From Patescibacteria group bacterium (GTDB lineage Bacteria; Patescibacteriota; Patescibacteriia; UBA9570; JAHJKD01), in NCBI GenBank assembly GCA_043798935.1, contig JAZDOC010000017.1:64381-128380 (forward strand): 64,000 nt of DNA. Reading direction: 5' to 3'. Position numbers and translations under genes: made by a program. The notes under the pieces were generated by a model that saw nothing but the letters and a program-made list of their open reading frames with translations, made no database searches and was not told the origin of the DNA. Positions 47,138-54,997 of the stretch are shown piece by piece. Every line of letters begins with the position of its first letter. Position 1 is the first letter of the stretch.

Positions 47138-47917
47138 ATGAAAAAAAACAATTTCCATTTATCAGATACTACAGTTTTAATTATTGTTGCTGTAATTGGT
47201 TTATTACTGCTTGTATTTTTTTTATTATTTGGATCAGCACTTGTTCAAGGCATCTTTGCTTTACCGGTTGAAAGTAATAATACCAATACTAATGCATCAC
47301 AAATTGCCAGCTCTACTAATAACGGCGGTTTGGAATTAGGCTATGATCCATTGATTACTATGGTGCCGGAAGATCTCCAGACGCTTGGCAAAAACAGCAA
47401 AGTGTTCATCTCCGATGTTGATCCTTATCTGGGTTCGTCGCAGGCTAAAGCCGTGGTGGTTGTATGGTCGCGCTTCGATAACGAGCAAGCCAAGGAAAGT
47501 GCTGATATTCTTAAGCAAATTTCTAATGAATATGGCGATAAAATTGTAATTATATGGAAAGATTTTATTAATCCTGATAATAATAACGAAATTGGCTATT
47601 CGGCTGCGCTGGCCGCTCATTGTGCTAATGAGCAAGATTTGTTTTGGCCGTATCATGATTTATTATTCGATAATTATGATCATTTAGACGCAAATACTAT
47701 AAGCGAATTAGCGACCACGGTTAATCTAGATATGAATATTTTTAATGAATGTATCGACAATCAATCTACTAAAGCGATTGTTGAAAGCAACTATTATCGC
47801 GGCCTTAGCGCCGGCATTACTAATGCGCCGGCAGTGTTTGTAAATGATGCCATGATAGACGATGCTCTTAATATTGATACTCTTAAAAATGCAATTAATG
47901 ATAAAATAAATGAATAA
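47138..47917 (+). CDS. DsbA-like thioredoxin-fold protein lacking the CxxC active site (predicted catalytically inactive).
   Basis: It has an N-terminal TM and retains the DsbA-family motif AAHCANEQDLFWPYHDLLF. Where the family places the CPxC active site it has VVVWSRFDNEQ, and the protein contains no CxxC. Confidence 0.55.
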   Translation: MKKNNFHLSDTTVLIIVAVIGLLLLVFFLLFGSALVQGIFALPVESNNTNTNASQIASSTNNGGLELGYDPLITMVPEDLQTLGKNSKVFISDVDPYLGSSQAKAVVVVWSRFDNEQAKESADILKQISNEYGDKIVIIWKDFINPDNNNEIGYSAALAAHCANEQDLFWPYHDLLFDNYDHLDANTISELATTVNLDMNIFNECIDNQSTKAIVESNYYRGLSAGITNAPAVFVNDAMIDDALNIDTLKNAINDKINE

Positions 47918-49301
47918 TAAAAAAATAATATCATATTTTTTTGCGCTATATTTTGTAATCAGCGCCTTTATCCCCCTTATTTCTTTAGCCGGGTCCGCAA
48001 CAGCAACAACCCCAACAGCTGCAAAGAGCACGGTACCAGCCGCTTGCACGGATTTTGCGGATAAGGAAGTGGAATGGACTCAGCAAGAAGATATCATGTA
48101 TTTTTTAGAAGTCCCATTATTTGGCAAGCTTTATGTCACTAATTGGAACGATTATCTGGAAACCGTTTATAATTTTTCCATTACTTTAATTCCTATTTTT
48201 TCTTTAGCCGCTATGTTTTACGGCGGTTTTCGCTGGGCCGCATCGGCCGGCAATGAGCAAGCTATTACTAGTGCTAAAAATGTAATTACTTCAGCTATTA
48301 TTGGATTATTAATTGCTTTACTAGGCTATGGTATGGCTGGGCGCATAAATTCGGCATTAGTAGATAATCACGATGTTAGAATATATAAAATTCCAATTGC
48401 CAATCCTTATGATAGTAGCTGTGAACTTCCGCCGGAAAGTAGAGTTGATCTGGCTATTAGTGCAGTAGCGCCTCATCAATTTGCTTCTTCAACTATTAGC
48501 TCTGGTGGATGTCCAAATCTTAAAGTAGCTATCGAAAAAGCTTTGGTTAATTTAAGTGCACTGGCAGTTACAAAAGGCGCGCCTATTGTATTGAGTGGAT
48601 CGGGTTGGCGTTCAGCTGAAAGGCAATGGTATTTCTTTGCCTGTTATTGCAATGCTCAAATTACCGGTGAATGTAAAAGCGGTGCATGCAATGGATGTCA
48701 ATATTGTGAATCTAATAATTGTAATTTAGCGTCTAAGCCGTGTGATGGCGATTCATCTCGGCATCCGCGCGGTTTAGCCGTAGATGTTAAAATTGTTGGA
48801 ACAATTTTAGAAGGGCATGGCACAACCGGTTATAATTGTCTTAGAGGAAGCCATCCAACCGATAAAAGTTTTGGTTTTTCGCTAAGTGGAAAAGATAAAG
48901 CAATTTGGGATGCATTAAAACCAGAAGAACAAAAATCCCTATGTGAGTGGCAAAAAGACTTAAAAGAAGCCATGACTGGCGGTCCGGGAACGCCTTATGA
49001 CACTAACCCTACCGGTTTAAAAGGAATAAAGTCAGAGTGGTGGCATTTTCAATTATCATCGACAACGGCTTGTTTCGAACTCGGTACTTATGGGCTATCT
49101 TGTCCTTGCAAAGATTCAGCTCCTACAAATTGTCCAACCGGCCAACATGCAGTATGTAAGTTGAAAGATAACTCGTATTCTCAAAGCGAAGGTTGGCAAT
49201 GTATGGATTCTTCAATTGGAAGTGAGAAGAAAACAATAACAAAAATGATTAGCGGCAATGGTGTCGCCACTCTTTATAATTTTAGCTGCATAGTAAATTA
49301 G
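47910..49301 (+). CDS. VirB2/TrbC pilin-like N-terminal domain fused to a Cys-rich linker and a LAS-family (M15/VanY-like) zinc peptidase domain.
   Basis: The N-terminal segment YFLEVPLF...AAMFYGGFRWAASAGNEQAITSAKNVITSAIIGLLIALLGYG is paralogous to the 44514 gene. The C-terminal domain has SRHPRGLAVDV (SxHxxGxAxD, nt ~48753) and SEWWHFQ (ExxH, nt ~49030), the zinc-ligand signatures of D-Ala-D-Ala carboxypeptidase / LAS peptidases. Confidence 0.55.
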   Translation: MNNKKIISYFFALYFVISAFIPLISLAGSATATTPTAAKSTVPAACTDFADKEVEWTQQEDIMYFLEVPLFGKLYVTNWNDYLETVYNFSITLIPIFSLAAMFYGGFRWAASAGNEQAITSAKNVITSAIIGLLIALLGYGMAGRINSALVDNHDVRIYKIPIANPYDSSCELPPESRVDLAISAVAPHQFASSTISSGGCPNLKVAIEKALVNLSALAVTKGAPIVLSGSGWRSAERQWYFFACYCNAQITGECKSGACNGCQYCESNNCNLASKPCDGDSSRHPRGLAVDVKIVGTILEGHGTTGYNCLRGSHPTDKSFGFSLSGKDKAIWDALKPEEQKSLCEWQKDLKEAMTGGPGTPYDTNPTGLKGIKSEWWHFQLSSTTACFELGTYGLSCPCKDSAPTNCPTGQHAVCKLKDNSYSQSEGWQCMDSSIGSEKKTITKMISGNGVATLYNFSCIVN

Positions 49302-49328
49302 AATAATCAATAAAAGTTTCTATTAAAA

Positions 49329-51341
49329 TTACTCTAAATGAATAGTTTTAATAAAGTTATTCAGCTTAATTTGTACTAATGGAAATTTAGATATATCATC
49401 AATAATCTCTTCAGCGGCTTGTTTGGCTGAGGAGATTAATTTATGGTCAGCAAGGTTGGCGACTTTTAAGGTGCTGATAAAGCCTGATTGTTCTTTTCCA
49501 TAAACATCGCCCGGGCCGCGAAGATTAAGATCATATTCAGCTAATTTAAAGCCGTCATTGCTCTTAACCAAAGCGTTTAAGCGTTTAATAGTGTTAGCAG
49601 TTTTAGAAGATGTAAAAAGCAGACAATAAGATTGTCTATCACCGCGCCCCACACGTCCGCGAAATTGGTGGAGCTGAGCCAGGCCGAAACGGTCCGCGTC
49701 TTCAATCATCATGATCGTGGCATTTTTAATATCCACGCCGACTTCTACTACTGAAGTGGCGACGAGAATGTCTATTTTTTTATTTTGAAAATTTTCCATG
49801 ATTAATTCTTTATCCCGCGGTTTGAGCTTGCCGTGAAGCTTGGCGATTTTATATTCACTGAATATTTCTTGTTTTAATCTTTCATATTCTTGTTCAACCG
49901 ATTTTACGCCCAGCTTATCGGATTCATTGACTAGCGGGCAAATTACAAAAACTTGTTCACCACTAGCGATTTTCTTTTTTATAAAATTATAGGCGTCAGC
50001 GCGTTTAGATTCATTAACTAAGCGAGTAATAATTTTTTTTCGCCCCTTAGGCATTTCATTAATAATAGATAACCCCAAGTCGCCATAAACAGCGAGGGCC
50101 AGGGTGCGGGGGATGGGGGTAGCGGTCATCGAAAGCAGATGCAATGTAGTATGTGGGTCGCCAGATTTGTCTTGCAGGGCTTTTCTTTGGGCCACGCCAA
50201 AACGATGCTGTTCATCCACTACGGCTAAAGCCAGATTATTAAATTTAATTTTTTGTTGAATTAAAGCGTGCGTGCCCACAATAATTTTGCGGTCGGAAGA
50301 TATTTTTTTATGGTGGCGCGTAACAAGTGCAACGTTTTCAGCACCGAATAGTTTTTTTAGATTTTCATAATGTTGGGTGGCCAAAATCTCTGTCGGTGCC
50401 ATTAATAAAGACTCATAACCGCTAAGCGATGCATTATACATGGCGATGGCCGCTACTATGGTTTTACCAGAGCCCACATCTCCTTCAAGTAGCCGATTCA
50501 TGGGTTTAATGCCGGCCATGTCTTTAATAATCTGCCAAGCGCATTTTTTTTGCGCTACAGTTAGTTGAAAAGGTAATTTTTGAACAAACTCGCGCATTTT
50601 GAGTTCAGAAAAAGGAACATTAATGGCCTGTCGTTCATTTAAATCGCGTTTATTTTTTAAGTTGTAAAGAATAATAGTTAAGAGCTCATCAAAACCTAAG
50701 CGCCTTTTAGCTTGTTCTAAGCTTGCCCAAGAATCCGGAAAATGAATTTGTTTGAGCGCCTTTGATAATGGTAAAAGTTTATATTGAGAAATAATATCAT
50801 TTGGCAGCCAATCTATAACCAGCGATGTTGAGGGAGTAATTTGACTCATCAAAAAACTAACCTGTTTTTGAGTAATACCCTCGGTTAACGAATAGATAGG
50901 AACAATGCGGGCAGTATGAGCGGTTTCTATTTTAACTTTTTCATAAATCGGATTGTTAAAATGACAGCCGTATTGGTTGGCTACAGTTTTTCCGGATAAA
51001 AAAATTTCGTCGCCGGCTTTTAATACTTTAGCTGTAAATGGTTGGTTAAACCAGATGGCTTTTATGGAACCGGTTTGGTCGCGGATCACAGCTTCGGTCA
51101 GAGTCATGCGTCGTTTCCAGCTGCGCCGTGCTTTAATCAGTTCAATCTGTCCGCGTACGGTTGTCTGCTGGCCCGGAATTAAATTTTCTATGTCGCAGAT
51201 TTCCGAAAAATCTTCATAGCGGTGAGGGAAATAAAAAACAAGATCAAGCGTGGTCGCTAGATCTAATTTACGAAGTCGTTTATCTAGCATGCGCCCGACG
51301 CGATTTAAAGAAGCTAGAGGTTGAATAAACGTGTTGTTCAT
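49329..51341 (-). CDS. recG: ATP-dependent DNA helicase RecG.
   Basis: 670 aa. It has an N-terminal wedge/OB domain, helicase motif I DVGSGKTIVAAIAM and further motifs ATQHYENL, DEQHRFGV and QLHQFRGRVGRG. Confidence 0.9.
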   Translation of the reverse strand: MNNTFIQPLASLNRVGRMLDKRLRKLDLATTLDLVFYFPHRYEDFSEICDIENLIPGQQTTVRGQIELIKARRSWKRRMTLTEAVIRDQTGSIKAIWFNQPFTAKVLKAGDEIFLSGKTVANQYGCHFNNPIYEKVKIETAHTARIVPIYSLTEGITQKQVSFLMSQITPSTSLVIDWLPNDIISQYKLLPLSKALKQIHFPDSWASLEQAKRRLGFDELLTIILYNLKNKRDLNERQAINVPFSELKMREFVQKLPFQLTVAQKKCAWQIIKDMAGIKPMNRLLEGDVGSGKTIVAAIAMYNASLSGYESLLMAPTEILATQHYENLKKLFGAENVALVTRHHKKISSDRKIIVGTHALIQQKIKFNNLALAVVDEQHRFGVAQRKALQDKSGDPHTTLHLLSMTATPIPRTLALAVYGDLGLSIINEMPKGRKKIITRLVNESKRADAYNFIKKKIASGEQVFVICPLVNESDKLGVKSVEQEYERLKQEIFSEYKIAKLHGKLKPRDKELIMENFQNKKIDILVATSVVEVGVDIKNATIMMIEDADRFGLAQLHQFRGRVGRGDRQSYCLLFTSSKTANTIKRLNALVKSNDGFKLAEYDLNLRGPGDVYGKEQSGFISTLKVANLADHKLISSAKQAAEEIIDDISKFPLVQIKLNNFIKTIHLE

Positions 51342-51417
51342 TGGTGCCCTCGGCAGGAATTGAACCTACGACCTTTCCGACCGCAACGGAACGCTCTATC
51401 CACTGAGCTACGAAGGC
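51342..51417 (-). tRNA. tRNA-Arg, anticodon GCG by manual fold; CCA encoded.
   Basis: The sense sequence is GCCTTCGTAGCTCAGTGGATAGAGCGTTCCGTTGCGGTCGGAAAGGTCGTAGGTTCAATTCCTGCCGAGGGCACCA. It gives a clean cloverleaf with 7-bp acceptor, D, anticodon (TTCCG/CGGAA, loop TTGCGGT) and T (GGTTCAATTCC) arms. It lies 1 nt from the recG start codon. Confidence 0.8.
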
Positions 51418-51422
51418 AAAAC

Positions 51423-51923
51423 TTAGATTTTCATTATTCTTCCAAGTTGGTCGCTGGGAGAAATATATTTTTCTTGCAAATCTTCCTTAATATATTTTAG
51501 CAATGCTTTTCTGATATACACCGGATTCATTTTAATAAGCGGAATTGAAAGTTCGGGTTTTATTTTGCTATCAATATGAAAATAAAGATTTTTAACATAA
51601 GGCGGTTCATAAATAATCCAGAAACGCTCGATATTTTTATAAGGAATAAATTTTTCTTCGAGTATTATGCCATCTTCGGCAATATAGAAATTCAATAAAT
51701 TGGGGTGTCGTTTTTCGTGAATGGTAATGATAGCTGTGAGGATAATTATAATAACCGCAAAAAGAAAATTACTTACCCAAAGTGCATAAGTAAATAACCC
51801 TAAGCCACCAACAATAAACACAACATACCACCAAACAGATTTGGCATAGTGTTCATGTTCGGGGATTTGCCATTGAGCTAATATTTTACCAAAAGTATTA
51901 TTATTTTCCATGTTATTACGCAT
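51423..51923 (-). CDS. Hypothetical membrane protein.
   Basis: 166 aa with two predicted TM helices near the N-terminus. No family motif recognised. Confidence 0.45.
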   Translation of the reverse strand: MRNNMENNNTFGKILAQWQIPEHEHYAKSVWWYVVFIVGGLGLFTYALWVSNFLFAVIIIILTAIITIHEKRHPNLLNFYIAEDGIILEEKFIPYKNIERFWIIYEPPYVKNLYFHIDSKIKPELSIPLIKMNPVYIRKALLKYIKEDLQEKYISPSDQLGRIMKI

Positions 51924-51984
51924 TAATTTTTATTACTCCCAGTATATCATTTTGTTTGATTTTTTTCAATTTATTCGTGTGATT

Positions 51985-52653
51985 TCAGGGGAGATTTTCG
52001 GTTAGCTTGCTGGTTTCTAAACCTCGGGTAAAGACATTAAAATCATTTTTAAAAGCTTTTTGCGCAATATGGTAAATGCCATAAGTGATAAAAAAGGCTG
52101 AGAAAACGTCGATCGAATAGTGTAAATGACCTAAAATAACCGTAATCGCGGCTAAAATTGATGAAGTCAAGAAAATAATTTTTAAATATTTATTTTTCCA
52201 AAATAGTAATGCTAATAAAAATGGCAGGCCCGTGTGTCCGGAAAAAAATAGATCTGCACCTGAAGTGATATATTTTAAGTGATCTAAATCAGGAATTATA
52301 TGGTCCGGATAAGGAGCGAGATGTGTCATGCTTACAAAAATTGAACGAACACAAATAAATAAAGCCACACTTTTTAAAGTAAAGGGGATAGTAGCCGGTT
52401 CAGCTAAAAGTAGAATTGTAACAAAAATAATAAAAAATAACACACCTTCACTGAATATTAAATCCAAATTTACAACCGGTAAATTTTGAAGCAATATATC
52501 GGTAGTAGCGTTTCCCGCGCGTGCGGTTGAGTAGAGAACCGCACCATAATTTATAAAAAAACTAATTGCAAAAAAAATTAAACTCATAATTACCGATAAT
52601 AAAAAAGAACGGTCGTCCCATAATAGTTTGTGTTTGGTAATTAAGCGTTTCAT
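51985..52653 (-). CDS. PAP2-superfamily membrane phosphatase (candidate lipid/undecaprenyl-pyrophosphate phosphatase).
   Basis: 222 aa and polytopic. It has PAP2-like motifs FFSGHTG (PSGH) and HLHYSIDV (SRx5Hx3D-like). Confidence 0.55.
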   Translation of the reverse strand: MKRLITKHKLLWDDRSFLLSVIMSLIFFAISFFINYGAVLYSTARAGNATTDILLQNLPVVNLDLIFSEGVLFFIIFVTILLLAEPATIPFTLKSVALFICVRSIFVSMTHLAPYPDHIIPDLDHLKYITSGADLFFSGHTGLPFLLALLFWKNKYLKIIFLTSSILAAITVILGHLHYSIDVFSAFFITYGIYHIAQKAFKNDFNVFTRGLETSKLTENLP

Positions 52654-52675
52654 GGTTTGGAGCTAATTAATAAAA

Positions 52676-54082
52676 TTAAAGATGTTTGAATTTATGTTCG
52701 TGAAAATATTCGGACGGCGAAAAACTATCATTAAAAAAATATTTGGCATTGGCCGTTAATTCATAAAGTTCGTTTCTAACAAAAACTTTCGGTTCAGGCT
52801 TAGAAGCTATAATTGAGCTGAAAATTACTAGTAATAAAACGCTGGCCGTAAAACAAACAGCTATTATTCTTTTACTTGGCGTCCAGGTGGGAATATAATT
52901 TGAATTTTTTTGATGTTCTTTAATAACGCGATCGTAGATTGATTCAAAAGCTTGCAGGGTTTTATTAATGGCATGTGTCTGAATAATTTCTAGGCTTTTT
53001 TCTTGCATGCTTCTTTTTAAAGTATCATTTGAAAGAATTTTTATAATATGATTAGCTATCATTTCACTATTGCCGTCGTCAAACAAATAGCCGTTTTCAC
53101 CATCATGGACCAGTTCGGGCAAAGCCATGGCGTTAACAGCCACTACCGGCAAACCCGAAGCCAAAGCTTCCATGGTTACAATGCTTTGTAATTCGGCCAC
53201 GCCGGCGATTACAAACACGTCTCCCACATGATAGACATTTTCCAGATCAACATCAGGAATAAAACCCGTAAAGGTCACTGATTCACCAATATTTAATTTT
53301 TGGGTTAAATTTTCGAGTTTAGGTCTTTCTTTGCCTAAACCGGCTAAAACCAAATGGGCGTTTATTTGTTTTAAAATTATCGGTAATGATTGGATAATGG
53401 TTTCCACTCTTTTTTCTTTATCTAAGCGTCCCACATAGAGAATTATTTTTTTATTCGTGGGTATGTGATAGCGCTCCTTAAGATATAAGCCGTCGTTAGT
53501 GGGTTTAAATTTATTTAAATTAATACCGCAGGAAAGTGGCAGAATTTCTTTCTCATAACCGGCTTTTTTTAATAAGTTAGCCGCTGTTATAGTGGGGGTG
53601 GTAACATAATCGAGCTGATTAAAAACTTTAATGCATTGTTTCCAGCCGATTTTAATTAAAAGTTTTTCAATAGCTATTGGCATGTGAAAATAATGAACTA
53701 AATTTTCGGGCATGAAATGATTAGTGCCGATAATCGGAATATCTAATTTTTTTGCCATGGCTGTAACCGCTTTACCGATTATAAAATGATTCTGAATATG
53801 AATAATATCCGGAGAAATTTTTTCCACCAGTTTATTTATAGTTCTTTTAGAAATAATCAGTGGCGATATTCTAAATTTTTCATAGACTGGCAAGTGAATA
53901 GAATGGACGCCGTAAACTTTAACCCCTTTATCAATAGTAATGGTGTTTTGCATTGATAAAGACGGGCATATTACCGATACGTCGTGGCCTCTTTGCGCTA
54001 AATCATTGGCTAAGCGGTATGTAAAATACGCCGCCCCATTAACATTAGGGTGATAAATATCGGTGGCAATAAGTATTTTCAT
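52676..54082 (-). CDS. GT4-family glycosyltransferase with a C-terminal transmembrane extension.
   Basis: Its GT-B fold N-terminus is MKILIATDIYHPNVNGAAYFTYRLANDLAQRGHDVSV. It has the EX7E-region motif EALASGLPVV, and a C-terminal TM helix AVCFTASVLLLVIFSSIIA. Confidence 0.8.
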   Translation of the reverse strand: MKILIATDIYHPNVNGAAYFTYRLANDLAQRGHDVSVICPSLSMQNTITIDKGVKVYGVHSIHLPVYEKFRISPLIISKRTINKLVEKISPDIIHIQNHFIIGKAVTAMAKKLDIPIIGTNHFMPENLVHYFHMPIAIEKLLIKIGWKQCIKVFNQLDYVTTPTITAANLLKKAGYEKEILPLSCGINLNKFKPTNDGLYLKERYHIPTNKKIILYVGRLDKEKRVETIIQSLPIILKQINAHLVLAGLGKERPKLENLTQKLNIGESVTFTGFIPDVDLENVYHVGDVFVIAGVAELQSIVTMEALASGLPVVAVNAMALPELVHDGENGYLFDDGNSEMIANHIIKILSNDTLKRSMQEKSLEIIQTHAINKTLQAFESIYDRVIKEHQKNSNYIPTWTPSKRIIAVCFTASVLLLVIFSSIIASKPEPKVFVRNELYELTANAKYFFNDSFSPSEYFHEHKFKHL

Positions 54083-54094
54083 ATAAATGATTTT

Positions 54095-54682
54095 TTATTT
54101 TTCTTCAGCGTATTTTTGGCTGATTTTTTTAATGATGAAATAAATAATAATCAACATTATGGCCAGCGTACCCATTATAACAGATGTAAAATTAAGGTAT
54201 TCGCCGAGCTGTATATAAGCTTGGCCAAAATAATAACCAATTAATATAAAGAAAAATGATTTAAAAACTGTGGGCACAAAAGCATAAAAAATAAATTTTT
54301 GATAAGGAACTTTGGCCATACCGGCGGCTATCAAAAATGGCATTTCCAAAGAATAAGCGAGTTTTCCTAGAATAATTGTTTTGGCACTATGCTTGCCAAA
54401 ATGATGCTCGAGTTTGATTATTTTTTCAGCATGCAAACCGATATACTTTCCCCAGCGTTCTATAAAGCTAATTCTACCCCAGCGACCGAGCATGTAAGAA
54501 ACTGAATCGCCCGTAAGATCGCCCACAACTACAACGCAGTAAGTTATAAATAAATTTAAAAAGTTCATGGAAGCCAGCCACCCGGCAATAACCGTAATGA
54601 CTGGTCCTTCGACTACAACAATAGGAAATAGAAAAAAGTATTTATAAGCAGTTAGCAAAATAATGATTCTAGAAAATGACAT
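54095..54682 (-). CDS. DedA/TVP38-family membrane protein.
   Basis: 195 aa. It has the DedA motif VVEGPVITVIAGWLAS and a polytopic membrane topology. Confidence 0.75.
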   Translation of the reverse strand: MSFSRIIILLTAYKYFFLFPIVVVEGPVITVIAGWLASMNFLNLFITYCVVVVGDLTGDSVSYMLGRWGRISFIERWGKYIGLHAEKIIKLEHHFGKHSAKTIILGKLAYSLEMPFLIAAGMAKVPYQKFIFYAFVPTVFKSFFFILIGYYFGQAYIQLGEYLNFTSVIMGTLAIMLIIIYFIIKKISQKYAEEK

Positions 54683-54711
54683 AATAGTCTACGTTGCACA
54701 TGTTCTGAAAA

Positions 54712-54803
54712 ATGGCGGAAGGGGCGAGATTCGAACTCGCGGGACTCTTTTGGAGTCCAACGGTTTTCAAGACCGTCGCATTCAACCGCTCTGCCACCCT
54801 TCC
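54712..54803 (-). tRNA. tRNA-Ser (anticodon TGA), long variable arm; CCA encoded.
   Basis: The sense sequence is GGAAGGGTGGCAGAGCGGTTGAATGCGACGGTCTTGAAAACCGTTGGACTCCAAAAGAGTCCCGCGAGTTCGAATCTCGCCCCTTCCGCCA. The anticodon loop is CTTGAAA, the variable arm is the hairpin GGACTC/GAGTCC, and the T loop is TTCGAAT. Confidence 0.85.
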
Positions 54804-54848
54804 AAATTTTCAAAAGCCAGACAAAGCTTTCGCTCCGAAAAACGAAGG

Positions 54849-54935
54849 CGGAGAGGAAGGGATTCGAACCCTTGGAACCCGTAAAGGCTCAACATCTTAG
54901 CAGGATGCTGCTTTCAACCGCTCAGCCACCTCTCC
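54849..54935 (-). tRNA. tRNA-Ser (anticodon GCT), long variable arm.
   Basis: The sense sequence is GGAGAGGTGGCTGAGCGGTTGAAAGCAGCATCCTGCTAAGATGTTGAGCCTTTACGGGTTCCAAGGGTTCGAATCCCTTCCTCTCCG. The anticodon loop is CTGCTAA. The 3' end is CC plus a non-A base, so CCA is not fully encoded. Confidence 0.85.
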
Positions 54936-54997
54936 ATATTGGTGATATTTCAAAATATCACCTGATTAATATATCAGTTTACGAAAGATTAGTCAAT

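Noticed and set aside
54663-54900. Two plus-strand ORFs (73 and 62 aa) in the ORF track.
   Set aside because: They lie entirely over two minus-strand tRNA-Ser genes with clean cloverleaf folds. They are artefacts.
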